From NCBI GenBank assembly GCA_963745025.1, contig CAVUWD010000006.1:288001-352000 (forward strand): 64,000 nucleotides of DNA, read 5' to 3'. Within the stretch, counting starts at the first letter, position 1, and every line of letters starts with the position of its first letter. A model generated the notes under the pieces. It did not search any database and was not told the DNA's origin. It saw nothing but the letters and a program-made list of their open reading frames with translations. This stretch comes from an uncultured delta proteobacterium. GTDB taxonomy: Bacteria > Desulfobacterota > Binatia > JACPRU01. Below, piece after piece: positions 40,296 to 50,042 of this stretch. A program made the position numbers and the translations under genes.

Positions 40296-42266
40296 TCACA
40301 CGATTCGGCCAACTTGCGCACCTTCGTAAATCGCGTTCTCCATCCGCCGCGGGGCCACACAGTCGCCGACCCGGTGGAGCTCCGCGATCTTTCCTCGGAG
40401 CGAGCGGTAGAGACCGTCATCCGCCGCGGCTCCGACGGCGAGGACGACGGCGTCGCACCCGATCTCGCCCTCTTTCTGGCTGAGGAGATGTCGCGTCTTC
40501 ACCCCGCCCGCGTCGATCTCCGTCACGGCGGTGAAGCTCACGATCTCGACGCCCTTCTCCGCGAGGCGGGTCATGAGGAGCATCCACGTGTTGTGCTCCG
40601 CGACGGCATGCGGAGCGGGACCGAGGGCCGGGACTACGAGCGTGACCTGCTTGCCCCGGTCGGCCAACGTGTCGGCCGTCGTCGCCCCGCGGAGATGGGA
40701 ATCGGCGCTGTAGACGACCACGCGATCGCCGAGGCTCGCGCCGTCTCCGAGAACCTGCTCCGCGAGGAAGACGTTTCCCCCATCGGCGCCCTGGATCGTC
40801 GGGAGCGGTGGCGGGGGTTGGTCCACTGGGCGCGCGCCGGTGGCGACGACGACCGCGTCCGGATGCTGACTCACGACGGCGTCCACGTCGACCTCGGTGC
40901 CGAGACGGACGTCGACGCCGAGGCGCCGGAGCTCGCGCGTGTAGTAGCGGCCAACGTCCTGGAGCTCTTCGCGACCGGAAGCCTTGCGGGCGACGCTCAA
41001 TTGTCCGCCGAGTTCCGTGGCGCGATCGTACAAGCGCACGGCGTGACCGCGGAGCGCTGCCACGCGCGCCGCCTCCGCGCCGCCCGGTCCGCCGCCGACG
41101 ACGATCACGGACTTGCGCTTCTTCGCCGGGATGAGCTGCCACGCCGGATCGCTCTCATGACCGGCCAATGGGTTGAGTGCGCAGCCGATCGGCAGGCCTT
41201 GCATCGCCCGCCCCCAGCATCCCTGGTTGCACGCGACGCAGTTCCGGATCTCGTCCTCCCTGCCCTCCCGTGCCTTGCGGGGAAGATCGGGATCGCAGAT
41301 CGTCGGGCGCGTCATCGCCACCATGTCAGCCTGGCCGTTTCGGAGAATCTCCTCCGCCTGTGCGGGGTCCTTGATGCGGTGGATCGCAAAGACCGGGACG
41401 TCGACGACCTCCTTGATCGCCGCGGCGTATGGCACGGCGAACCCGAGCGGCACGTACATCGGCGCGATGATGAGCGGCAGCGAGCCGTACGCTCCGACGC
41501 TCACGTCGAGGAAATCCACTCGGCCCTGGTCCTGAAGGATCCGCGCGATCTCGCGCGTCTCCTCGAGCGTGAGCCCGCCGGGCACGAGCTCATCGGCGCT
41601 AAACTTGAAGCCGAGCACGAAGTCCTCGCCGACCGCCTTTCGCACGGCGGCGATGACCTCGAGCGAAAAGCGCATCCGGTTCTCGAGCGTGCCGCCATAC
41701 TCGTCGGTCCGGAAGTTCGACGCGGGCGACAGGAACGAGGAGAAGAGGTAGCCGTGCGCGCCGTGAAGCTCGATGCCGTCGAAGCCCCCTTCGCGGCACC
41801 GGACGGCGGCGGCCGCGAACTCCCCGACGGTCCGCTCGATGTCCTCGCGCTCCATCTCCTTCGAGGCCTCGCCGAGAAGCGGGCAGGGCGCAGTCGAGGC
41901 GGCTTGGAGAGGCAACATGCTCGCACTGGCCGAGCCCTGGCGGCCGAAGTGCCAGAGCTGCGCGAAGATCTTCGTGTCGTGGCGGTGGACAGCGTCGGTT
42001 ACCCAGCGATAGCAGGGAATCTGGCGGTCATCGACACAGCGGTCCATGTGGGCGGACACCGGCACCGAATACGGGCTGACGACCTGCGCGCCGGTGATGA
42101 TGAGCCCGATTCCGCCGCGCGCGCGTGCCTCGTAATAAGCGGCGTGCCGCTCGGTCATCAAGCCGTCGTCGTCTGCGAACAACGTGGCGTGCGCGCTGCT
42201 GAAGATACGGTTCGGGACGCTGAGGGCTCCGATTTCGAGGGGGCGAAAGAGGAACTCGTAGGACAT
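40296..42266 (-). CDS. OYE/2,4-dienoyl-CoA reductase-like flavoenzyme (FMN, 4Fe-4S, FAD)
   Basis: ELHGAHGYL, NFRTDEYGG, CVACNQGC...C, VVGGGPGG. Confidence 0.93.
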   Translation of the reverse strand: MSYEFLFRPLEIGALSVPNRIFSSAHATLFADDDGLMTERHAAYYEARARGGIGLIITGAQVVSPYSVPVSAHMDRCVDDRQIPCYRWVTDAVHRHDTKIFAQLWHFGRQGSASASMLPLQAASTAPCPLLGEASKEMEREDIERTVGEFAAAAVRCREGGFDGIELHGAHGYLFSSFLSPASNFRTDEYGGTLENRMRFSLEVIAAVRKAVGEDFVLGFKFSADELVPGGLTLEETREIARILQDQGRVDFLDVSVGAYGSLPLIIAPMYVPLGFAVPYAAAIKEVVDVPVFAIHRIKDPAQAEEILRNGQADMVAMTRPTICDPDLPRKAREGREDEIRNCVACNQGCWGRAMQGLPIGCALNPLAGHESDPAWQLIPAKKRKSVIVVGGGPGGAEAARVAALRGHAVRLYDRATELGGQLSVARKASGREELQDVGRYYTRELRRLGVDVRLGTEVDVDAVVSQHPDAVVVATGARPVDQPPPPLPTIQGADGGNVFLAEQVLGDGASLGDRVVVYSADSHLRGATTADTLADRGKQVTLVVPALGPAPHAVAEHNTWMLLMTRLAEKGVEIVSFTAVTEIDAGGVKTRHLLSQKEGEIGCDAVVLAVGAAADDGLYRSLRGKIAELHRVGDCVAPRRMENAIYEGAQVGRIV

Positions 42267-42479
42267 AGATTACCTCCCGTTCTTCTGGAACTACGGAGCA
42301 TCGAGCATGCCAGGCTATTGCGAGAAAACGTCTGTCGTCGCGCGCCATCAGTTGCTCGGCTCCAAGCAGATTTGACGCCTTTTGACACATGGATGTCTCA
42401 TTCGGAGCCAATGAAACGCGATTGGCCCTGCAATGCCCGAAGCGGAGAGATGGAACATGTCGTGCTGTATTCCGCTCGA

Positions 42480-43466
42480 ATGGATCTCGCCGGATCGATC
42501 TGGGTCGTCGCGGAGGAGCGCGGCGGCGTCCTCGAGCGCGTGACGCTGGAGCTCGTCGGCGAGGCGCGCAGGCTCGCCGGGCGCGGCGAGGTCGCGGCGA
42601 TCCTCCTTGGTGAAGCCGTCGAATCGCTCGCCGCTGAGCTCGCGCATTACGGCGCAGACACCGTCCACGTGGTCGACGACCCGGCGCTCCGGCACTACGA
42701 TCCGGAACTCTTCGTAGCGACCGTAGGCACTCTCTGCGCCGCCCACGAGCCGGCGCTCGTCCTCTTCCCCACCACCACGACCGGGAGCGACGTGGCCGCG
42801 CGCCTCGCTTCGGAGCGCGGCTGGCCGCTCGTGACGCGATGCACGATGGTGCGGCGCTGTGAACGAGGGTTCGAATTCGCCCGACCGATCGGCGAGACGC
42901 TCCAGGCCATCCTCGTTGCGATCGGGGCGGGTCCCCGCCTCGCGACGATCGTTCCCGACGTGATCGGTGTCGAGCGGCCTGATCGCGGGCGCACGGCCCG
43001 GGTAATCCCCTCCCCGGTCGCCCGGCCGAAGCGAGCGCGCATTCGCGTCAGCGATGGCGACGGCGCCGCCCCGCTCGCCGTCGACCTCACCGAAGCGGAC
43101 GTCATCGTCGCCGTCGGACACGGCATCGGCTCGAAGCAGAACCTTCGCCTCGCGGAGGATCTCGCCCACGCGCTCGGTGGCACGGTCGGCGCGACGCGCA
43201 TCGCCGTCGACCTCGGCTGGCTACCGCGCGAACGACAGATCGGCCAGACCGGCAAGGCGGTCGCGCCGCGGCTCTACGTGGCCTGCGGGATCTCCGGTGC
43301 GACGCAGCACACGATCGGGATGAAGGACTCGGCGACGATCGTCGCGATCAATACCGATGCCGCAGCGCCGATCTTCAGGATCGCCGACCTCGCTCTCCAG
43401 GCAGACGTCGCGGAGCTCCTTCCGGCGCTTGCCGAGGCGTGCCGACGCGAGGGCCAACACGAATGA
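42480..43466 (+). CDS. etfA: Electron transfer flavoprotein alpha subunit
   Basis: LTEADVIVAVG, GATR, QIGQTGK, GISGATQH, INTD. Confidence 0.92.
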   Translation: MDLAGSIWVVAEERGGVLERVTLELVGEARRLAGRGEVAAILLGEAVESLAAELAHYGADTVHVVDDPALRHYDPELFVATVGTLCAAHEPALVLFPTTTTGSDVAARLASERGWPLVTRCTMVRRCERGFEFARPIGETLQAILVAIGAGPRLATIVPDVIGVERPDRGRTARVIPSPVARPKRARIRVSDGDGAAPLAVDLTEADVIVAVGHGIGSKQNLRLAEDLAHALGGTVGATRIAVDLGWLPRERQIGQTGKAVAPRLYVACGISGATQHTIGMKDSATIVAINTDAAAPIFRIADLALQADVAELLPALAEACRREGQHE

Positions 43467-44365
43467 GCGTGGAGCGTGAGGTCTTCGTCTGCGTAAAACA
43501 GGCGATGTCGATCGCCGGAGCGGCGAGCGTCGGGCCGCAAGCCGCTCAGCGCGCGGGTACGGCACCGCGTCCGCTCAAAAACGAAGCCGACATGTTTGCG
43601 CTCGAGGAGGCCCTTCGCGCACGCGATCGCGGGGAGGTCGAGCGGGTGGTCTGCGTCTCAGTCGGCTCGCCGCGGGCACGAGAGGCGCTCGTCGCGGCCC
43701 TCGCGATGGGCGCTGATCACGCAGTCCGGATCGACGTGTCGGACGACGCAGGCCTCGACGCCAGCGCCACGGCGGCCCTCCTTGCGGCCGCGATCGTTTC
43801 CCTCGGCGGTCGGCTCGTCTTCGCCGCCCAGACGTCCGACGATGGACGGAGCGGGCTCGTGCCGGTATTTCTGGCGCGCCATCTTGACGCTGTCTACCTC
43901 TCGAACGCCGTGACGGCTCGCTTGACGGATGGCGAGGTCGAGATCCAGCGTCGAGTCAAGCGGGGAGGCCGGCAGGTCTGGCGCGCCGCTCCCCCCGCCG
44001 TCGTCGCCTTTGACGGCGGCATCAATGTGCCGCGCTATCCGCGGGTCGCGGCACGTTTCCGCGCGCGACGGCAGACGATCGAGGAGATGAGCCCCGCCGT
44101 TCTCGGAGTCGACCTGGGCTCGCTCCCGCGCCCGGTCGCGATCCTCCGGATCGAGCCGTTGCGCCGCCGCACAAAGAAAATGGCTCTCCCCGCCCGCGAA
44201 GGCTCGGCGGCGGATCGCATGAGAGCGCTCGTCGGTGGGGGCATCGCCGCGAAGGCGAGCAAGGTGGTCGCCGGTCCGGTCGATCAGCTCGTCGCCACGA
44301 CGGTCGCGTTTTTGAAGGAGCGCCGCCTCCTCGAACACGGTCGCGCGAAGAGTGGTCGAAAGTGA
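43463..44365 (+). CDS. etfB: Electron transfer flavoprotein beta subunit
   Basis: VCVKQ, ALEEAL, ALAMGAD, NVPRYP. Confidence 0.88.
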   Translation: MSVEREVFVCVKQAMSIAGAASVGPQAAQRAGTAPRPLKNEADMFALEEALRARDRGEVERVVCVSVGSPRAREALVAALAMGADHAVRIDVSDDAGLDASATAALLAAAIVSLGGRLVFAAQTSDDGRSGLVPVFLARHLDAVYLSNAVTARLTDGEVEIQRRVKRGGRQVWRAAPPAVVAFDGGINVPRYPRVAARFRARRQTIEEMSPAVLGVDLGSLPRPVAILRIEPLRRRTKKMALPAREGSAADRMRALVGGGIAAKASKVVAGPVDQLVATTVAFLKERRLLEHGRAKSGRK

Positions 44366-44619
44366 CGGGACCAGGCGCAACGCGCACTGGTGCCGCCGTC
44401 CGGGCGGTCGCTCTCTCCGTCGAGACTGTACTTCCTGTGGTTCGCGCAGGGGCGCAACACGCCTGCGGCTGTCTGGGCCGACCGGCTGCGGCTTGAGTTC
44501 TGGCACCATCAATTTCTCGCACGTGAGCACGGGCTTCAGCTGCCAGACGATTCCGGACGCGCAGCAGGGCCGCGTGACGCTCAACGGCAGTCGCGCAAAG
44601 AAGTGGCGCACAGGGCCGA

Positions 44620-44752
44620 GGAACGTGGTATCAATCTCATGAGTGGCTATCCGGGCGGCCTGGGCTCTCTTCCCCACGAGCAGGCGCTACGCTCGCTCCG
44701 TCTGTTTGCCGAGGAAGTGATGCAGGTATTCACTGAGAGCAGAAGCCGATAA
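44620..44752 (+). pseudogene. C-terminal remnant of a luciferase-like (LLM) monooxygenase
   Basis: GSLPHEQALRSLRLFAEEVM is typical of LLM C-termini; upstream sequence is scrambled. Confidence 0.5.
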
Positions 44753-44763
44753 GGAACCAGCAG

Positions 44764-45939
44764 ATGAAAACGCCCATTTGCGAAATTCTCGGTATCGAGT
44801 TTCCCCTCCTGGCTTTCAGCCATTGTCGCGACGTCGTGGCATCCGTGAGTCGGGCGGGCGGCTTTGGCGTGCTGGGGGCGGTCGGATTCAGGCCGGAGCA
44901 ACTCGAGATGGAGCTGCGATGGATCGACGACCACATCGACGGCAAGCCGTACGGAGTCGACGTGCTCATTCCCGAAAACCTCTCCATCAAGGGTGAGAAG
45001 GGCGTGACGGCGCGCTCCCTCGCCGAGCGGATCCCGCAGAAACAAAGGGACTTCGTTCGCGAGTTGCTGGTCGAACATGGCATCGAGCCCGCGCCGATGT
45101 TCGAGGACTCGGCGCCGCCGCGTGCGGACGCGCCGTCAAACCGCGACACCTCGGTGCGGCCCTTCTTTCCCTTCCAAGAGGAAGCAGCGCTGCAGCTGCT
45201 CGAGGTCTCGTTTCGCCATCCGATCAAGTTGATCGCCAACGCGCTCGGCGTGCCGCCGCGATCGATGCTCGACATGGGCCGCGCTCACGGCGTGCCGGTG
45301 GCCGCGCTGGTCGGCGCGCCGGAGCACGCGGTCCGTCAGGCAAAGGCAGGGGTCGACATCATCGTCGCACAAGGCGGCGAGGCGGGGGGTCATTGTGGCG
45401 AAGTCTCGACCATGGTGCTGATCCCGGAGGTCCTGCGCGCGATCCAGCCCATCCGCAGCGTTCCCGTGCTGGCCGCCGGCGGCATCATGACGGGTCGCCA
45501 GATGGCGGCCTGCATGGCGATGGGCGCGGCGGGCGTCTGGACCGGCTCGGTCTGGCTCGCCACGACCGAATCCGAGACCTCGGAGATCTTCCGCGAAAAG
45601 ATGATCGCCGCCCGCTCGCGCGACACCGTCCGCTCCCGGTGCCGCACCGGAAAGCCGGCTCGTCAGCTCCGCTCGGCGTGGACCGACGCCTGGGAAGGAC
45701 CGAAGAGCCCCGGCGCATTGCCGATGCCCTTCCAGAGCATGATCAGCGAGCCTGCGCTCGCGGCCGCGCAGCGAGCGGCGGAACGGGGAAACCCGAGAGC
45801 CCGCGAGCTCGTCAACTACTTCGTCGGCCAGGGCGTGGGCTTGGTCGACAGCGTGAAGTCGAGCCGCGAAGTGGTGAGAGAGTTCATGGAGGGATTCGCC
45901 GAGGCGGTCTCCGACATGCAAGCACTGATCGAAGCGTAG
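44764..45939 (+). CDS. Nitronate monooxygenase/FabK-like flavoprotein
   Basis: AGGFGVLG, AQGGEAGGH, VLAAGGI, GVWTGS. Confidence 0.92.
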   Translation: MKTPICEILGIEFPLLAFSHCRDVVASVSRAGGFGVLGAVGFRPEQLEMELRWIDDHIDGKPYGVDVLIPENLSIKGEKGVTARSLAERIPQKQRDFVRELLVEHGIEPAPMFEDSAPPRADAPSNRDTSVRPFFPFQEEAALQLLEVSFRHPIKLIANALGVPPRSMLDMGRAHGVPVAALVGAPEHAVRQAKAGVDIIVAQGGEAGGHCGEVSTMVLIPEVLRAIQPIRSVPVLAAGGIMTGRQMAACMAMGAAGVWTGSVWLATTESETSEIFREKMIAARSRDTVRSRCRTGKPARQLRSAWTDAWEGPKSPGALPMPFQSMISEPALAAAQRAAERGNPRARELVNYFVGQGVGLVDSVKSSREVVREFMEGFAEAVSDMQALIEA

Positions 45940-46079
45940 GGGTCACGCCAGGAGAGGCAGGGTCCAGGATCGCCCGGTCGACGGAGGCCTGATGCGCACC
46001 GCATGGCCGGCCGCGAGAAAAGAGGGAGGAAAGCTCGTTGGACCGCGTCGGATCAGCGCTTGATCGCATATGCTGATTT

Positions 46080-46192
46080 GATTTAGGCACCCACCAGCGC
46101 GCTACCTCAGCCGGATCCGTCCAGGCGCGGGAGACTTTCTCCGTCGGCGCGTCGGCTCGGCGTTCGAGGGTGAGACTGGGCTTGGTGGACAT
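46080..46192 (-). pseudogene. Truncated SRPBCC/AHSA1 5' fragment
   Basis: MSTKPSLTLERRADAPTEKVSRAWTDPAEVARWW, then similarity ends; SRPBCC is the usual partner of this ArsR type. Confidence 0.65.
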
Positions 46193-46509
46193 GAGTCTTC
46201 CTCCACGAAGGCGGCGACTCGATCGAGTTTTTCGGACCAGAAGCGTCGGTAGCGGTTCAGCCACTCCGTGGCGGCCTTGAGCGGACCCGCCTCAAGCCGG
46301 CAGGGCCGCCACTGTGCCTCGCGACCGCGCGCGATCAGACCGGCACGCTCCAGCACCTTGAGGTGCTTGGAGATGGCGGGAAGGCTCATCTCGAAGGGCG
46401 CGCCCAGCTCCGTGACCGAGGCCTCGCCCGAGGCGAGGCGAGCAAGGATCGCGCGCCGGGTGGGGTCGGCGAGGGCGGCGAAGGTGGTGCTGAGGCGATC
46501 GGGCGACAT
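46102..46509 (-). CDS. ArsR/SmtB family transcriptional regulator
   Basis: FAALADPTRRAIL, SLPAISKHLKVLERAGLI. The 3' end reads on into the SRPBCC stub. Confidence 0.9.
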   Translation of the reverse strand: MSPDRLSTTFAALADPTRRAILARLASGEASVTELGAPFEMSLPAISKHLKVLERAGLIARGREAQWRPCRLEAGPLKAATEWLNRYRRFWSEKLDRVAAFVEEDSCPPSPVSPSNAEPTRRRRKSPAPGRIRLR

Positions 46510-46719
46510 GTAATAGCGAACCTTTCGGTTAAATAACTATGCGGTTAGGTACCAGAGCAGCCGACGCCTGTCCAGCGCCTCATGATGCGCGTCTCACGAT
46601 GGCTGGCGTCTCCTTCGCCCCCTACGCCACGGGGCGGCGACGGATCAGCGGGGATACGCGCCGGCGTCAGGGGCTCCACGATCCGGCGACGACGGCAAAC
46701 GAGCAACAAGCCGACCCGG

Positions 46720-47364
46720 CTACGGCGACGAAACCCTTGCGAGCAGGCGTTCCCGCACCCGGTCGATTCTCTCGTTCCCCCAGAAGAGCTCGTCGTCGAC
46801 TAGATAGCTGGGCACGCCGAAGACGCCCTTGACCTCGGCGTCCGCGCGGAGACGATCGTGAAGCGCTCGGCCCTCGCCGACGAGGAACTCGCGAAAGGCC
46901 GCGGCGTCGAGTCCGGCCGCGCCGATCTCGCCGGCGATCGCCGACGCGTCCTCGATGTCGAGCGAGCGCTTCCAGAACTTCTCGAAGATGCGGTCGTGGT
47001 ATGGCCGGATCCGCCCGGCTCGCGCCGCGCAGAGAAAGCCGATGTGCGCGATCGAACTGTCGAAGATCTTCCTCGGCCCGCGGATCACCAGCCCGTGGCG
47101 GGCCGCTTCGCGCCGGCAGTCCATGTAGGCGTAGCGCACGCGTCGCCACTGATGCGCATCACGCGTGCCGATGACGTCTCGACCCGACTCGTCGAGGCGC
47201 GCATCGCCGAGATAGCTTGGGATGTCGAGCGTGTACGGGAGCCGCTCGATTGCGACTCCGAGCGGCGCGAGCTCCGCTTCGAGCGCGTCGGTGGCTCGCT
47301 GCGCGAGATACGCGTACGGGCTCTTGTAATCGAAATAGTGGATGACCTGCGGACGCGACGGCAC
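46720..47364 (-). CDS. 2-hydroxychromene-2-carboxylate isomerase/GST-kappa-like protein
   Basis: YFDYKSPYAYL, GVFGVPSY, FWGNER. Confidence 0.9.
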   Translation of the reverse strand: MPSRPQVIHYFDYKSPYAYLAQRATDALEAELAPLGVAIERLPYTLDIPSYLGDARLDESGRDVIGTRDAHQWRRVRYAYMDCRREAARHGLVIRGPRKIFDSSIAHIGFLCAARAGRIRPYHDRIFEKFWKRSLDIEDASAIAGEIGAAGLDAAAFREFLVGEGRALHDRLRADAEVKGVFGVPSYLVDDELFWGNERIDRVRERLLARVSSP

Positions 47365-47438
47365 CGGCTTGCTCTGCTACACGGCCCTGCGGGCGACCGA
47401 GCGGTCCGCGCGGCTCAACGCCCTATCGTCGAACGCGC

Positions 47439-47740
47439 TCACGATTGGGCCTTCTCTTCCGGAGTCGGCGCTGGAGCTCCTGGCTGCGACTGGAAGCCCT
47501 CCGGCAGGTCGCGTTCGGGGGAAACGCGAATGGTGACGATCCGCCCCGCGTCGAACTCGGCGCGCTTCGGATTGAACAGGCCGATTCGCGCGAGGAGATA
47601 TTTCTTGGGGATTTGCTCGATCATTGCGTCCTGCACCGCCTGTCTGCGACCAGCTCGGCCTTGCCGATGAATGCCGGACTGCTGCGCGAGCCGATCCAGA
47701 CTAGCGAGGTTCGCCTCGAAATGGGAGCTGATTCCTCGTA
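47439..47740 (-). pseudogene. Frameshifted C-terminal remnant of an unknown (possibly PNPOx-like) gene
   Basis: VWIGSRSSPAFIGKAELVAD joins AVQDAMIEQIPKKY... after a frame change; no intact start. Confidence 0.3.
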
Positions 47741-47825
47741 TCCCAGGAGACGCCGAGAGTATAGTGAGACGAGCCCGCGTCGGCCGGAGCCGGGCGCGAC
47801 CAACGGGAGCGATCCGCGGCGCGAT

Positions 47826-48968
47826 CTAGCTTCTCTTTGCGACTTCCTCGAGCATGACCTCGGTCGCGCCGCCGCCGATCGACAACACTCGCGCGTCGCG
47901 CACCATCCGCTCGATCGTGCTCTCCTGAATGTAGCCGAAACCGCCGTGGAATTGCTGGCAGGTGTACATCACCTCGTTCACCAGCTCGCCGGAATACGCC
48001 TTGAGCATCGACACTTCGCGGACCGCGTCCATGCCGCGGCTCATTCGCCATGCCGCGTGATAGAGAAGCTGCCGCGCCGCCTCGACCTTTGCCTCCAGCA
48101 TCGCGAGCCGCTGGCGGATCGCCTGCTTGTGCCACAGCGGCGCGCCGAATGCCTTGCGGTTCTTCACGTAATCGACCGTCAAGCGAAGCGCCTCGGTCGC
48201 CTCGCCGACCGCCATACCGGAAAGCGCGAGCCGCTCGTTCTGGAAGTTTCGCATGATCGAGTAGAAGCCCCGGTTCTGCTCGCCGAGAAGGTTCGCGGCC
48301 GCGATTTGACAATCCTCGAAGACGAGCTCGGCGGTGTCGGACGAGCGCCAGCCCTGCTTCTTGAGCTTGCGGCCGACGGAAAAGCCTGCCGTGCCGCGCT
48401 CGACGATGAACATCGAGATGCCCCGCGAGCCCTTGGCGCTCGGATCGGTCTTGGCGGCGACGAACACGACGTCGGCGCTGACGCCGTTGGTGATGAACAT
48501 CTTCGATCCGTTGAGCACCCAATGGTCGCCGTCGCGCCGCGCGGTCGTGCGCATCGCGGCGACGTCCGAGCCCGCGTCGGGCTCGGTGACGGCGACGGCC
48601 GTGAGGATCGCTCCCGAGACGATGCCGGGCAGATAACGCCGCTTTTGCTCCTCCGTGCCCGATCCGGCGAGGTGCGGCGACGCCATGTCGGTATGCACGA
48701 GCACCGTCGCGGAGAAGCCGCCGAAGCTCGAGTGCGCGAGCTCCTCGGCGAGGATTGCCGACGAGAGCGCATCGGCGCCGCTGCCGCCGTATTCGACCGG
48801 ATGGCGAATGCCGAGGAAGCCGAGCTCGCCCATGCGCCGCAGCACCGCGCGGGGAATTTGTCCGGCCTCCTCCCAGGTCTCCCCGTTCGGCCGAACGACC
48901 TCGTCGACGAAGCGCCGGACCTGGGTCCGGAGCATGTCGTGCTCTTCTGTGAAATGTGCCGATGTCAC
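47826..48968 (-). CDS. Acyl-CoA dehydrogenase
   Basis: AVTEPDAGSD, GSKMFITNG, RKAFG, FHGGFGY, IGGGATE. Confidence 0.95.
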   Translation of the reverse strand: MTSAHFTEEHDMLRTQVRRFVDEVVRPNGETWEEAGQIPRAVLRRMGELGFLGIRHPVEYGGSGADALSSAILAEELAHSSFGGFSATVLVHTDMASPHLAGSGTEEQKRRYLPGIVSGAILTAVAVTEPDAGSDVAAMRTTARRDGDHWVLNGSKMFITNGVSADVVFVAAKTDPSAKGSRGISMFIVERGTAGFSVGRKLKKQGWRSSDTAELVFEDCQIAAANLLGEQNRGFYSIMRNFQNERLALSGMAVGEATEALRLTVDYVKNRKAFGAPLWHKQAIRQRLAMLEAKVEAARQLLYHAAWRMSRGMDAVREVSMLKAYSGELVNEVMYTCQQFHGGFGYIQESTIERMVRDARVLSIGGGATEVMLEEVAKRS

Positions 48969-49108
48969 GTGGACCTCCGGGCTTCGCCGTCTCGCGCGGC
49001 GATCGTGCGTCCCACCTTGCTACCGTTGCGTCCCTACTTCGGCGGCGGTTCCTTCGGCTCCGGGTACCACGACCGGCCGTCGCGGCTTCGGTGGCCGAAG
49101 AGTGCGGC

Positions 49109-49933
49109 TCAACCCCCGAGAAACCGCTCGACGAGCGGAGCGATCTCGGCGACGTGGGTCATGATGAAGAGGTGTCCGCCCCCGGCGACGACGTGAAGCC
49201 GCGCGCCGGGCAGGCGCGAGGCGATCATCTTCGCGTTGACGAGTGGAGCGATCGGATCGTCGTCTGCCGAGAGGACCAGCGTCGGCCGGTCGACGAGGTG
49301 AAGCCAGGGCAGGCTCGACCATCCCCAGATGGCCATCAGCTGCCAGAGATATCCGCGCACGCTCGGCGGCCGGATGAAGCGCAGGTGGCCGTGCTCCTCG
49401 AGGAGGCGCGGGTTCGTACGCGCGGCGCCGCCGTAGAGGATCGGAGCGACCTGCTCGAAGTAGGAGCGCGAGTAGTAGCGCCGCGGGGTGGCGAGCGCCC
49501 AGAGAGCCCGCGGGTGGCCCGGAACGCCGATCCATCCGGGAGTCGTGGCCGCGAGGACTAGCTTTCGTACGCGCCGGGGATGCCGCAGCGCCACCTCTTG
49601 CGCGAGCGCACCGCCCCACGACACGCCGAGCACGTCCACCGCGCGATACCCGAGCACGTCGAGCGCCCGGATCACGACCCGCGCGAAGCCCGAAAGGCGG
49701 CGCGGAAGCCGAGTCGCCTCGCTGCGCCCCGCTCCCGGGACGTCGATCACGATCGTCTCCGTGTCCGAGAGCGCGCGGCGAAACGGCTCGAGGAGCTCGA
49801 GCGAGGCGCCAATGCCGTTCAGCAAGAGCAGCGGGCGGCCGCGGCCTTCGACCGAGACCCGCAAGCGCAGCCCGTCGACCTGGATGAGCTCGGTCGGCAG
49901 GCTTCCGTCGCGCGCCGGACTCGCGGTCCCCAT
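49109..49933 (-). CDS. phaZ: Intracellular poly(3-hydroxyalkanoate) depolymerase
   Basis: NGIGASLEL, DVPGAG, GVSWGGALAQ lipase box, ATPRRY; directly downstream of phaC. Confidence 0.88.
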   Translation of the reverse strand: MGTASPARDGSLPTELIQVDGLRLRVSVEGRGRPLLLLNGIGASLELLEPFRRALSDTETIVIDVPGAGRSEATRLPRRLSGFARVVIRALDVLGYRAVDVLGVSWGGALAQEVALRHPRRVRKLVLAATTPGWIGVPGHPRALWALATPRRYYSRSYFEQVAPILYGGAARTNPRLLEEHGHLRFIRPPSVRGYLWQLMAIWGWSSLPWLHLVDRPTLVLSADDDPIAPLVNAKMIASRLPGARLHVVAGGGHLFIMTHVAEIAPLVERFLGG

Positions 49934-50042
49934 GACGCATTGTTAGCGGATTCCCGCGACCGAGCGAAGGGCTACGGCAGTAGGCAATCTGGTCGGAGCC
50001 GACCTCGCGACCAGCGGGAGCAGTCTGCCCCGATTCCCTCCC

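Noticed and set aside
40269-42479. 1065-aa ORF suggesting a giant EtfA fusion
   Set aside because: The upstream part is antisense to the OYE gene, an open frame expected at high GC.
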